Source: an uncultured Methanoregulaceae archaeon (GTDB lineage: Archaea; Halobacteriota; Methanomicrobia; Methanomicrobiales; Methanospirillaceae). Taken from it: a stretch of DNA of 64,000 nt. The stretch spans positions 2,112,001 through 2,176,000 of the forward strand of contig OY970343.1 of the NCBI GenBank assembly GCA_963717525.1, written 5' to 3'. Of the stretch, positions 29,071 through 39,220 are shown piece by piece; the stretch's first letter is position 1; each line of letters opens with the position of its first letter. Made by a program: the position numbers and the translations under genes. The notes below the pieces were generated by a model. The model was not told where the DNA came from. It worked only from the letters and a program-made list of their open reading frames with translations, and ran no database searches.

Positions 29071-30603
29071 TCATGCGATCCTGACTGCTGCGCCGCTGTT
29101 GCGTGCGGAGGTGACGAGCGTGGTTCCACCTCCGATTTCCTGAAGGTATGACTGCGCCGCCCTCTCGATATCCTGCATCCCCGTATCGCAGATGGCATAC
29201 AGGGTCGGGCCAAACGAACTCATACCGGCACCAGCAGCCCCGGCCGCCCTCATTGTTTCAAGGAGGCCGGGGACCTCCCGGGGCTGGAAGGAGAGCTCGA
29301 TCTTCTTGAACCCGAGCGACTGGATGGCATTGACGGATGTGCCAAACATGTCGAGATCCTTTTCGGCGATGCTGGGAAGCATCCGCATCAGCACCTCGTG
29401 GCAGAGCGTCCTGACCTCTTCGAGCGGGACCGGGCAGCAGGCCCGGAAGATCTCCTGCTCCCGCGTCCCACTCACCCCTTCCGGGAGCGCCGGGGTCGCA
29501 AGCAGGATACGCCAGTCCCGAGGAAAATCGTGACGCATCAGGACCGGCGGCGGCCGCACGCCTTTTGACGCGGAGGACGGCGCAAAGCCGGTCTTCTCGC
29601 AGCCCGGCCCGAACCGGTGGCCGCCGTCAACGATGAAACCCCCGTGATCGAATGCTGCCGTACCGATACCGGAGGTCCCGCCGCGCCCGGCCATCCGGGC
29701 GAGGTCTGACGTGGACAGGGTTGTGCCGAACAGTTCACAGCAGGCCCGGGCCGTTGCAAGCGCCAGCTGGGAACCGCTTCCGAGACCGCGGTGGGCAGGG
29801 AAGTGTTCACGTACCGTGATCGAGACGCTTCCACCGGCCCGGAGTGCAGCCAGCACATTCTTTGCACACTCCCGGACCAACGCCGCGGTCCGGCTGTCAC
29901 AGCCGCGGACTTCGAGGGTAGGGCTTGCCTGCGCCTCGAGAAGGACCGCGGGGTCGTCAAGCGTGATCCCTACCCCTCCGTCGACCCTTCCAAGGCTGCC
30001 ATTCATATCGAGCAGCGTAACATGGATACGCGATGGTGTTCGTACAATCACCCTGTGCTCGTCGAGGAACTGGCTGTACGGGAACTGCTCTTCAATGAAG
30101 ATGAGCGGCTCGCCGCCGTGGATAATCCGGTACTGGCGAGAGAGCAGCGGCTCGTTTTTACAGATGGAGAAGATCCTGTACATGTCACCTTTTGCCGGGG
30201 TTACCCGAGCGGTGAGGATCTCCCGCCGGGCTTCGATATGGTGGCGCTCGATGATCTTTCCGATGGGAATGTCAGCACGCATAAGATCGTCTCGGAACTC
30301 CGGTGCCAGCCGGGCAATGGGTGTCTGCGATTTCGCGTAGACCAGCACCTCACCGGTGGCAGCGTCAAGGAGCTCCACGACCCGGTGATTCACCGCATCG
30401 CCCGGTGCAACGCCGAGATGTTCTGCGGCATCGGCATCGGCTTTCACGACCTCCTGTTCGCGGGTCCGGACCGCAACCGAATGACCGGTCACTGATTCCA
30501 GCAGCTGCGTGACCGACCCATCGGTGCCAAGGAGAATTTTCTGGATCGGTGAGAGCCTGCCTACCTGACCCTCAATCTCGTAAAGACAGCGTGCGATATC
30601 CAT
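29071..30603 (-). CDS. Chorismate lyase-like (DUF98) / beta-RFAP synthase fusion
   Basis: N-terminal LLGTDGSVTQLL..RADIPIGKI; C-terminal GHMP-type TPSRIH, HRGLGSGSQL, GMSSFGP. Confidence 0.9.
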   Translation of the reverse strand: MDIARCLYEIEGQVGRLSPIQKILLGTDGSVTQLLESVTGHSVAVRTREQEVVKADADAAEHLGVAPGDAVNHRVVELLDAATGEVLVYAKSQTPIARLAPEFRDDLMRADIPIGKIIERHHIEARREILTARVTPAKGDMYRIFSICKNEPLLSRQYRIIHGGEPLIFIEEQFPYSQFLDEHRVIVRTPSRIHVTLLDMNGSLGRVDGGVGITLDDPAVLLEAQASPTLEVRGCDSRTAALVRECAKNVLAALRAGGSVSITVREHFPAHRGLGSGSQLALATARACCELFGTTLSTSDLARMAGRGGTSGIGTAAFDHGGFIVDGGHRFGPGCEKTGFAPSSASKGVRPPPVLMRHDFPRDWRILLATPALPEGVSGTREQEIFRACCPVPLEEVRTLCHEVLMRMLPSIAEKDLDMFGTSVNAIQSLGFKKIELSFQPREVPGLLETMRAAGAAGAGMSSFGPTLYAICDTGMQDIERAAQSYLQEIGGGTTLVTSARNSGAAVRIA

Positions 30604-30675
30604 CCACACAACCTCCGTGCCGGATCACATAAGGTTACGGATCCGGTGCCGGGCGTTACCGTGATGGTTGAGTGT

Positions 30676-31062
30676 TCAGCGGCGCGAGGGGGGCTGGTGT
30701 TTGCCTTTCCCGTTCCGGGAGGTCGCTGGTGCCGGAGCGTGCTGCACCTGTGCGCCGATCAGTTCAATGGCATCCGCGGTGAGCCGGCCTTTGAGGCCGA
30801 TCACGTCGCCGGCCCGGACCATGCTCACCTTTGCAGTGAGGACAAAACTTTCGCTGAAGAGATCGAGGCCGCCTTTTGAAAAATCGTCAAGCCCGATGGG
30901 GATACAGGGAACGTCGGACGGAGGCCTGCTGCTGACCGGGCAGACACAGAGGTCTCCGTTCTCCTTCGCCGAAACGACCACGGCGGGCCGGGTCTTTGCG
31001 CCGTGCCTCTCCTCAAACGGAACCGGGGCAAGGATCACGTCGCCCCGGACATAGCGTCCCAT
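30676..31062 (-). CDS. PemK/MazF-like protein
   Basis: RGDVILAPVPF..KTRPAVVVS..VCPVSS. Confidence 0.8.
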   Translation of the reverse strand: MGRYVRGDVILAPVPFEERHGAKTRPAVVVSAKENGDLCVCPVSSRPPSDVPCIPIGLDDFSKGGLDLFSESFVLTAKVSMVRAGDVIGLKGRLTADAIELIGAQVQHAPAPATSRNGKGKHQPPSRR

Positions 31063-31227
31063 GCCCGGAATATCCGGCGTTTTGGGGCATAAGTCCATTG
31101 ATCGTTTTTCATGAGATCATCCTGTCCCGTTTCGCACCGGAGCGAAAGGAATGGCCGGGTTCTGGTAACAGGAAAACCCTTTACGTGCGGCAGCTGATGA
31201 TCGCATCAAATCGGAGGTGGTGGAAGA

Positions 31228-31827
31228 ATGCAGTTTGCAGATTGTGTGATGCAACGGTATGCAACGAAAAAGTTTGACGGCAGGACGATCCCCGAAGCAA
31301 AGGTGAACGAGCTGGTGGATCTGGTGCGGTTTGCACCGTCGGCGCTGAATGTCCAGCCCTGGAAGATCAAGGTGATAACGGACAAAAAAACAAAAGAAGC
31401 GCTCTGCCCGGCTTCCAACGACCAGGAGCAGATTACGACCTGTTCGCACCTGCTCGTTTTCTGTGCGGACGCGGATTACGACAGCCTGATCAAAAGGCTC
31501 GGGGCGCTGATGACCGCAAACCACATTCCCAAGGACGTGGTTGACAGGGTGACCGGCATGGCAGCACAGTTTGCCGCGAGCATGTCCAAAGAGCAGCAGG
31601 CCGCGTGGTCACAGGCGCAGACCTATCTTGCACTGGGAAACGCCCTGAACGGCGCAAAGTCGCTCGGCTTTGATTCCTGCCCGATGGGCGGGTTCAACCC
31701 GAAAGAATATTCGAGGATCCTCAGGATCCCGTCGCATCTTACGCCGGTGATGCTCTGCCCGATCGGGTACGCAGCGGACAAACCGGGGCTGAAGATCCGG
31801 CACGCCAGGGAAGAGATTGTGTTCTGA
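31228..31827 (+). CDS. Nitroreductase family protein
   Basis: RYATKKF, APSALNVQPW, SCPMGGF, IGY. Confidence 0.93.
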   Translation: MQFADCVMQRYATKKFDGRTIPEAKVNELVDLVRFAPSALNVQPWKIKVITDKKTKEALCPASNDQEQITTCSHLLVFCADADYDSLIKRLGALMTANHIPKDVVDRVTGMAAQFAASMSKEQQAAWSQAQTYLALGNALNGAKSLGFDSCPMGGFNPKEYSRILRIPSHLTPVMLCPIGYAADKPGLKIRHAREEIVF

Positions 31828-31888
31828 ATGCGGGGAACCCTCGCATTTTCTTATTATTTGCTCGGTTACAGGGCCATACCTCCACCAA

Positions 31889-32467
31889 TCATTTCTTTGA
31901 TATCGACGAGAGCCAGGCCTGGGGTCCTTCGGCCCGGGTGCGGCTCTCGAAGACCGCCGGCCTGATGTAATTGATGGACCACCCGTTGCGGAAGCTGTCC
32001 TGTATCTCTTTCTGTGTTACCCTTCTCGGGCCGTACCCGCCTGGCTCCCGTTCGGAAAAGCAGAGCATGAAGTATTTCCCGGCCGGGGAGAGGATCGCTG
32101 CAAGGTTCTCCACGAAGACCGGGCGGTCTTCATCGGACAGGGTATGGAAGAGCCCTGAATCGGTGGCGGTATCGAACTTCCTGTCAAGCTTTGAGAGATC
32201 CAGTGCGTTCAGGACAAGAAAATGCACCGAGAGTCCTCTTCCGGCAGCCTTCTCCTGTGCCTTCTGGATCGCAAGCGGGGCAGAGTCGATCCCCCACACC
32301 TCGTGCCCTTCTGCTGCGAAGAAGAGGGCATGCTCCCCGGTTCCGCATCCTATGTCAAGGACAGATCCTGTAATCTCTCTTCTCCGGGCCAGTTCAACGA
32401 ACTCCTTCTGGGGCCGGCCGATGTCCCAGGGAGGGGTGCCCTGGTATGCCGCGCCAAAGAAATCCAT
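31889..32467 (-). CDS. Class I SAM-dependent methyltransferase
   Basis: PPWDIGRPQ, LDIGCGTG, DSGLFH. Confidence 0.92.
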   Translation of the reverse strand: MDFFGAAYQGTPPWDIGRPQKEFVELARRREITGSVLDIGCGTGEHALFFAAEGHEVWGIDSAPLAIQKAQEKAAGRGLSVHFLVLNALDLSKLDRKFDTATDSGLFHTLSDEDRPVFVENLAAILSPAGKYFMLCFSEREPGGYGPRRVTQKEIQDSFRNGWSINYIRPAVFESRTRAEGPQAWLSSISKK

Positions 32468-33239
32468 ACTTCACGATAGTTCTTGGTATACATATTGTTA
32501 TTTCTCCACGAAATGGCGGCTTCCGGAGCGCCACCATTCGACCGGCACGAAACGATACCGGCAATCCTTCCTTCGCGATGGAAAAGGTGTCATCACGAGG
32601 GCAGATTACCTATCGTTCAGATAAGATGAGGCGATAGTTATCCCCCACTTGAGTGATTGATTCCGCCGCCCCCGACGGGGCGCCCCCGCGGCGGATCAGT
32701 AACAAATGTTCGCATAATCTCCTTGCCCCGCCGTGCCCCGGAGGCGGGTGACCCTCATAAATACCCTGCTATGGTCCCGGAACAGCCGTAAAATCGGCTC
32801 ATCCTGCTACATAAATACCCCTGTTTCCCGCATAGAAATGAAATACCGGCGGATCTCCCATATTTTCAGGAAAAAGCGGTCCGGTTTTTGCCTGGCACAG
32901 AACCCCTTTTATTTTCGTCTCTAGACGGGTTCCAGGCCATCCATAAGCCCCTCATGACCAGTTGTTCTTTCCCATTTTCGCAATCAAAGGAACGCCACTA
33001 AATTGCACGGTTTTTTCCTGTTTTAAATGCCCTGTTTCCGAAAATACCGGTTTATATGGAGAATTTTGTCGGGCGTTGGCACCGCTTCCACTGGAACCCT
33101 CCGGGCACGGATCCGTCCAGGGAATTCTCCGTCGAAGAAGGAAATCATGGGAGACCGCAGGTCTGGCCTCTCCCTTTCTCGCGCCCCGCACCCCCTACCG
33201 GAGCCCTTATTTGATCCCGGACAAGAGTGAGAAAGAGAA

Positions 33240-34295
33240 ATGACACGCTGCGATTTTTGCGGAAAAAGTGTCTCGCTTCCGTTTCATTGCCAGTATTGCG
33301 GGAAAAACTTCTGTGACGATCACCGGCTCCCGCCCAACCACGCGTGCGCAGGCATTGCGGAATGGAAAAAGACCCCGGCGCCCGGGGTAGGCATCCGGTA
33401 CGGTGGGGGTGGGGCGACAGCGTACGGAGGTGGGTATGCGACGGCACCCAAAGACAGGAAACCCGGGCGTGTCCCGTTCTGGAAACACCCGTACTTCAGG
33501 GTTGCTCTCGTGCTGGTTGTGCTTTTGGTCCTTATCGTAGTCTTCATTCTTCTGGGCGGATGCCTCCAGACCGGGGAAAAGAGCGGGACAGTCACAGCAA
33601 GTCATACTCCCGGGTCGTCTCTTGCCGCCACCGTTGCCACGGCCACGCCGGTCCTTCCCGCAACCACCCCCGTAATCCCGGTAACGACCGTCTCCCCTCC
33701 CCTCACCCCCACCTCTTCTCCTCCGATAACTCAGCCCGTTCCTGAGGAGGCCGCCGCAGCTGCGACCGCCACGCCTCCGTTCCTTATAGTGCCGGGAAAA
33801 CTTTCTGATGACCCGTATCCGATCTCGACATCGTCGCTTGCCGGCCGGATCCACGAGCTGATCAATGACAACCGGGCGGCAAACGGCCTTGCCCCCCTTG
33901 CGGTCGACCCGGCGCTTGACGGGCTTGCGCTCAACCACAGCACGGACATGGCGGCGAACAATTACTTCTCGCACACGGATCTCTCGGGAGAAGACCCGAC
34001 CGCCCGGGGAAATGCGAGTGGGTATACCTGCATCAAGTACTACGGCTCCTACTACACCTACGGGATCGCGGAAAACATCTTCCAGAACAACCTCTACACT
34101 TCGGTGACAGACACAAACGGCGTTTATTCCTACGCGTGGAGCACACAGGAAGAGATTGCGCAGTCCACCGTCACCGGCTGGATGAACAGCGCAGGACACC
34201 GGAAAAATATCCTCACATCCACTTATGACCGCGAGGGGATCGGGGTTGCTATCGCTTCTGACGACAAGGTGTACATCACCGAGGACTTCTGCTGA
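33240..34295 (+). CDS. AN1-type zinc finger / TM / CAP (SCP) domain protein
   Basis: CDFC..CQYC..CDDHRLPPNHAC; TM; T/P linker; HSTDM..YFSH, AENI, WMNSAGHRKNIL. Confidence 0.9.
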   Translation: MTRCDFCGKSVSLPFHCQYCGKNFCDDHRLPPNHACAGIAEWKKTPAPGVGIRYGGGGATAYGGGYATAPKDRKPGRVPFWKHPYFRVALVLVVLLVLIVVFILLGGCLQTGEKSGTVTASHTPGSSLAATVATATPVLPATTPVIPVTTVSPPLTPTSSPPITQPVPEEAAAAATATPPFLIVPGKLSDDPYPISTSSLAGRIHELINDNRAANGLAPLAVDPALDGLALNHSTDMAANNYFSHTDLSGEDPTARGNASGYTCIKYYGSYYTYGIAENIFQNNLYTSVTDTNGVYSYAWSTQEEIAQSTVTGWMNSAGHRKNILTSTYDREGIGVAIASDDKVYITEDFC

Positions 34296-34369
34296 TCACG
34301 GATACCGGGCCGGCAATTGCAGCCCTGCCACATCCTCAAAAAGTACCCCAGCATACCTCTTACCTGATC

Positions 34370-34654
34370 ATGCCAGCCGCACACATCCGCACCTTCCGGG
34401 ATGGGAAAACCCTTGAAGGCGAACTTGCTGCCGCGATGCACCGGGTCGGGGCGCTCGGGGTCACGTACCCGGAACACTATTACGAAACTCTCGTCGCGAA
34501 GTACGAAAAGGATGGCGTTCCCTACCCCCACATCCTGACGATTCTCGGGGAACCCCGGATCCGGGGCCATTTTTTCTATGAACGGGCGCTTGGGCGCACC
34601 GGCCCGGATGACAAAAAGTGCGTGTTTGAGTTCTGCACAAAAAAAAGTCCCTGA
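34370..34654 (+). CDS. Hypothetical protein (94 aa)
   Basis: Fills the gap between the CAP gene and rubrerythrin; plausible composition. Confidence 0.55.
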   Translation: MPAAHIRTFRDGKTLEGELAAAMHRVGALGVTYPEHYYETLVAKYEKDGVPYPHILTILGEPRIRGHFFYERALGRTGPDDKKCVFEFCTKKSP

Positions 34655-34671
34655 AAAATAAGTGAAAGAGG

Positions 34672-35244
34672 TCAGTAGTTCTCTGCTGCCCGTTCGAAGT
34701 ACGCCGTGGGGTGTCCGCAGACCGGGCATTTCGCCGGGGCAGACTTCCCTTCATGGATGAACCCGCAGTTCCGGCAGTACCATTTTGCGGGAGTCTCCTC
34801 CTTGAAAACGGAACCGTTCTCCACGTTTTCGAGCAGTTTACTGTACCGTTGATGGTGATGCGTTTCCACCGTTGCCACCATCTTGAAGAGTTTCGCGATA
34901 TCAGAAAATCCTTCCTTGTCTGCGGTTGCGGCAAATTTCGGGTAGAGCGTGCCCCATTCCATCTCTTCTCCCGCGGCCGCAGCGGCGAAGTTTTCTTTCG
35001 TGGTCCCGATCATCCCTGCGGGATAGGCCGCCGTGATCTCCACGTCACCTCCCCTGAGCAGTTTAAAGAACAGCTTACCGTGCTCCTTCTCCTCATCGGC
35101 GGTCTGCTGGAAGATCGCTTGGATCTGTTCGTATCCTTCCTTTCTCGCTGCGCTTGCAAAGAACGTGTACCGGTTCCGTGCCTGGGACTCGCCGGCAAAT
35201 GCCGCGAGTACGTTCTTTTCTGTCTTACTGCCCCTGAATTGCAT
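34672..35244 (-). CDS. rbr: Rubrerythrin
   Basis: AFAGESQARNRY, EKEH, ETHH, CRNCG..CPVC. Confidence 0.95.
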   Translation of the reverse strand: MQFRGSKTEKNVLAAFAGESQARNRYTFFASAARKEGYEQIQAIFQQTADEEKEHGKLFFKLLRGGDVEITAAYPAGMIGTTKENFAAAAAGEEMEWGTLYPKFAATADKEGFSDIAKLFKMVATVETHHHQRYSKLLENVENGSVFKEETPAKWYCRNCGFIHEGKSAPAKCPVCGHPTAYFERAAENY

Positions 35245-35362
35245 CAAATACGTACCTCTTTTGATCCAATCTGCCGGCATACCATATACGCTCTGCGGGA
35301 CACGGCCCTTCGTTCATGGGCACCCCGTCCGGGCTTCCGTCAGTATGCGTATGCCGGGCCGT

Positions 35363-38300
35363 TTACCCGGAGAAGGAACGATATCCTCCACCCGGGACCG
35401 TGATCTCGAACCGGGCCCCTTTCCCGTGACGCCCGGTCTCATGGATAGAGATGCCGGTGATGGCGAGGATCTCCCGGACAAGAAAGAGCCCGAACCCCGT
35501 GTTCCTGCCGAAACCTTTCTCGAAAATCTTCTGTTTCTCGTCGAGAGGAATCCCCTCTCCGTTATCCTCAACCGTTATAATCAGCGTATCCGCGGCTTTT
35601 TCGCACGAGACCTGGATATCAGTCACAGTCTCCCCGTGGCGGACCGCGTTGTCGAAGAGGTTGGAAAAGACCTTGTTGATCATCGGGTCGGCAAAGATCT
35701 CGGTTGTCCCGCAGGTACAGGTGACTGAAGGGCCACTGGCCGGCCGGGCAGAATGCACCAGGCGCTCGATCCGGAACCACGAGGGTGTTTTCACACCGAG
35801 GTCCTGGTACGTCCGCATGAACTCGACCTGTCCTTGGATCGCGGACACGGCACGATCGATCTTGGCAATAAAATCCCCGACGGCCGGGTCGGGTTTTTTG
35901 AGCGACGCCATCTGCGCGTATCCCCTTACTACCGTCAATTGGTTCGCCATATCGTGACGGGTGATGCTGGTCAGCAGGTTGAGTTTCCGGTTCGCCTCCC
36001 GGATTGCATTCTCGGCCTGTTTGCGTGGGGTGATGTCCAAAAGGACACCATAATACATCAGCTCGCTGTTATGGACGCCCGCGGTGGCGGTAGCCTGAAA
36101 CCACATCAGTGTTCCATCCGGCCGTATAAACCGGCCCTCAAAATACCAGTCCCTGCTGCCGGTGCTGACCGCAGCGGCGACGGAGTCCAGGAACTTCTGC
36201 CGGTCATCGGCATGGACATGGGAGGAGAACCATCCCAGGAAATCCGTCGTCGTGTGGTCGTACCCGAAAATTTTTTCCCCGGCATGGACGTTCACGTACG
36301 GGAATTCGATGCTGCCGTCGGGCTTTATGTGCGCCAGGTACACGACTCCCGGCACCGTCGCGGTGATCTCTTCCATCTGCTCCTGGCGCCGCAGGATCTC
36401 CTTTTCAGCTTTCCTGCGGGCGGAGATGTCGATGCCTACCCCGGTAAAATAAATCCTGCCGCCGATATCGAGCCGGACTGCGGTGAAATAGTAGGGGACC
36501 TTTGTCCCGTCCTTTGTGGTCAGCTCCGCCTCGGTATCCGCGACCCCCTCCTCGTATGCTTTTTTTACCCCCGCGCTGACGAGCATAGAGCTCTTCTCGT
36601 CACCTTTGAACCAGTCCATCAGCTGCCAGCCGGCGAGTTCATCGTGCGAATACCCGGTTGAGAGCTCGTGGTTCCGGTTCCAGCGGACAAGGCGCTCGTT
36701 TTCGTCGTAGAGGTACAGCAGGCCCGGCACGCTGTCGAGCACGGCATCAGAAAAGGTCATCTCTTCCTGTAGCGCTGCCTGTGCCCGTTTCTGTTTGATC
36801 ACCTGCCAGAGCCCCTGCATGAGCAGCGACAGCTCCTCGACGTCGTGATCCGTATATTCCTCCGGCTTGTTCGCCACACCGACGACAAGGACGATGTGGT
36901 CCCCGTCCATGAGCGGGACGTTCATGTGCCGGAGGATCTGCGGGTGGCCCGGGGGATACCCTTTTTTCCAGGGATTCGGCGCCGCGTAATCGTTGGTGAT
37001 GACCGCCCGGCGCTGCCTCACCGCCTCTCCCCAGAGGCCGGTCGTCTCCGTTTTGTAGACCAGCGGCTTTTCCTGCATCCCGCACTCGGCCATCGCGGAC
37101 TGTGACCAACCGTACATCAGGAGTTCGCTCTCGTCATCGCTGACGAGTGCAAGATATCCGAGCGGGCTTCCTGTCATGACCCCGGCCCCTTCGATGGCTG
37201 CCATGAAAAGTTCCTGCTCGCTTTTCTGTGCGTTCTCGAACAACCCAAGGAGATACCGGTGCCTGACCTCGCTTTCCCGGATCTGTTTTTCGCTCCGCTC
37301 CAGCTCAGCGTACTGCTGCCACAGCTCTTCTTCCGTCGCCGCTATCTGCTCGTAAGTTTTTTTGAGTTCAGTCTCTTTATCTTTAAGGCCGGTGATATCG
37401 TGGAGGACTCCTTCAATACCGAGCACTGCACCGTTCCTGTCATAATAGAGATGGCTGCTCGTTGAGACGATAACAGGAGACCCGTCCATGCGCCTGAGTT
37501 CGATCTCGAAGTCCTTTACCGAGCCGTCCCGGTATATGGCATCAAGAAATTCCTGCCGTTTTTCCGGGACCAGGTAGATCGAATCAGCGATGGATTTCCC
37601 GAGCAGGTCCTCCGGGAAATCATAGCCGAGGAGTGCCGGTCCGCTGGGGCTTACCATGATTAACCTGCCATTGCGGTCCGTGCGGTATACCACATCTTGG
37701 AGGTTTTCAACCAATGTCCGGTATTTCTCTTCGCTTTCCCGCAGTTGTTCCTCCCGTAACCGTTCGTCGGTGATATCACGTATCGTGCCAATGGTCGCAG
37801 GCTTTCCCAGATAGGTCGCCTTGCCAACGTTTATTGTCACATACTTTCGCGTAGAACCGTCGCGGCAAAGGAATTTACACTCGTACACTTCCGGCAACTG
37901 TTCTCCCGCAAGGCGTGAATAGTGCCGGGAGAGCACCAACTCCCGGTCTTCAGGGGCGATAAAACGGTCGAGAGGAGCACCGTCAGGTTCACCTTCTGCA
38001 TAACCGAGGAGCTCGCGGAACCCCCGGTTATGGAATACTAGCCGGCCGTCCTGCGCAATAAAAATCCCGTCTTTGCTGTGTTCCACGAGCGTCCGGTACT
38101 TTTCCTCGCTTTCCCGGATCCTCCGCTCGCCCTCTGCAAGTTCAGTATACTGGGTGCGCAGCTCTTCTTCAGATGCCGTCAGTTGCTCGTTTGCTGCCTG
38201 CAGCTCCTGCTCGGACTTTTTCAATTCCGTGATATCGCGGATGGACTCGATCGCACCGACAAGCACCCCTTTATCGTTAAAGAGGCCGCTTGCTGTCCCC

Positions 38301-39016
38301 CAGAGGCTGACCGCAGGCTGCCCCACTTTCCCGAGCACGGTCTCTGCGGTGATGGTTGTCGTGGTATGCCGGATATAGGTGTAGTGATTTTTCTCGAAAG
38401 TGCTGTCGGGGGAAAAGATGAGATCTATCAGCATAGGCCTGCGTTCCCCGTAGAACGCAAGGGCGTACTCATGGTTTCCCCTGCCAAGAACCTGTGCAGC
38501 AGCGACCCCGGTCATCTCTTCCATGACCCGGTTCCACGCTATGATCTTCCCGCTGGTATCTATGGCAAAGGTGGCATCCGGGAGGAAGTCGATGATGTCG
38601 GCAAGCCGTTTCTCTGAATCGGACAGGGCCTTCTCGGCATGTATCCTGCCAATTGCCTGCCGGATCTTATGCGCCAGCTCGGCAAACTGCGCCTTGGGAT
38701 CGCCGCCTTTCTGGAGGTAAAAATCAGCGCCGTTGTTGATGGCGGCGATCACGATCTCCTCGCGGCCCCTGCCGGTAAAGAGGATAAAGGGGATCCCGCC
38801 ATAAGATGCCCTGACCAATTTTAAGAGCTCGATGCCATCCATACCGGGCATCTGGAAATCAGACACGATCGCGTCGAAGCGGTTCTTCTGTAACAGGTCG
38901 AGTGCCCTGTCTCCCGAAAGTGCACACGTTACAGCAAATTCACCGTTCTGTTCGAGAAAGAGCCGGCCGATCTCGAGCAGTCCCGGTTCATCATCGATGT
39001 AAAGGAGAGAATACAT
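35363..39016 (-). CDS. Hybrid sensor histidine kinase (REC-multiPAS-GAF-PAS-HK)
   Basis: YIDDE..SDFQMP receiver; several PAS repeats; GAF; TRHDMAN H-box; NAVRHG, DNGEG, GFGLF. Confidence 0.95.
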   Translation of the reverse strand: MYSLLYIDDEPGLLEIGRLFLEQNGEFAVTCALSGDRALDLLQKNRFDAIVSDFQMPGMDGIELLKLVRASYGGIPFILFTGRGREEIVIAAINNGADFYLQKGGDPKAQFAELAHKIRQAIGRIHAEKALSDSEKRLADIIDFLPDATFAIDTSGKIIAWNRVMEEMTGVAAAQVLGRGNHEYALAFYGERRPMLIDLIFSPDSTFEKNHYTYIRHTTTTITAETVLGKVGQPAVSLWGTASGLFNDKGVLVGAIESIRDITELKKSEQELQAANEQLTASEEELRTQYTELAEGERRIRESEEKYRTLVEHSKDGIFIAQDGRLVFHNRGFRELLGYAEGEPDGAPLDRFIAPEDRELVLSRHYSRLAGEQLPEVYECKFLCRDGSTRKYVTINVGKATYLGKPATIGTIRDITDERLREEQLRESEEKYRTLVENLQDVVYRTDRNGRLIMVSPSGPALLGYDFPEDLLGKSIADSIYLVPEKRQEFLDAIYRDGSVKDFEIELRRMDGSPVIVSTSSHLYYDRNGAVLGIEGVLHDITGLKDKETELKKTYEQIAATEEELWQQYAELERSEKQIRESEVRHRYLLGLFENAQKSEQELFMAAIEGAGVMTGSPLGYLALVSDDESELLMYGWSQSAMAECGMQEKPLVYKTETTGLWGEAVRQRRAVITNDYAAPNPWKKGYPPGHPQILRHMNVPLMDGDHIVLVVGVANKPEEYTDHDVEELSLLMQGLWQVIKQKRAQAALQEEMTFSDAVLDSVPGLLYLYDENERLVRWNRNHELSTGYSHDELAGWQLMDWFKGDEKSSMLVSAGVKKAYEEGVADTEAELTTKDGTKVPYYFTAVRLDIGGRIYFTGVGIDISARRKAEKEILRRQEQMEEITATVPGVVYLAHIKPDGSIEFPYVNVHAGEKIFGYDHTTTDFLGWFSSHVHADDRQKFLDSVAAAVSTGSRDWYFEGRFIRPDGTLMWFQATATAGVHNSELMYYGVLLDITPRKQAENAIREANRKLNLLTSITRHDMANQLTVVRGYAQMASLKKPDPAVGDFIAKIDRAVSAIQGQVEFMRTYQDLGVKTPSWFRIERLVHSARPASGPSVTCTCGTTEIFADPMINKVFSNLFDNAVRHGETVTDIQVSCEKAADTLIITVEDNGEGIPLDEKQKIFEKGFGRNTGFGLFLVREILAITGISIHETGRHGKGARFEITVPGGGYRSFSG

Positions 39017-39220
39017 ACCGGAACCATCTTTGCCGTGTCTGGTGGCTGTACGACTGACAGGCAATTGTCCTTAATTGTATTGAATCTTGCGAACTTCCCC
39101 CGGCTCTTCTGGTACGTGCACCATGGCAAGGGTTTCAGGTTCGGACAGGATCATCACTACCTAGCCCCTCATATCCTTTGCCGGCCAAGTTCAGGTACAA
39201 GAAAAGGAGCCATACCAGCA

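Noticed and set aside
32733..33243. Short ORFs in the 32.5-33.2 kb gap
   Set aside because: Atypical composition, no RBS or motifs, and mutually overlapping; treated as non-coding.
17440..34654. Genomic island downstream of tRNA-His
   Set aside because: No integrase, no duplicated tRNA 3' end noticed, similar composition to the flanks, and it contains a core methanopterin gene.
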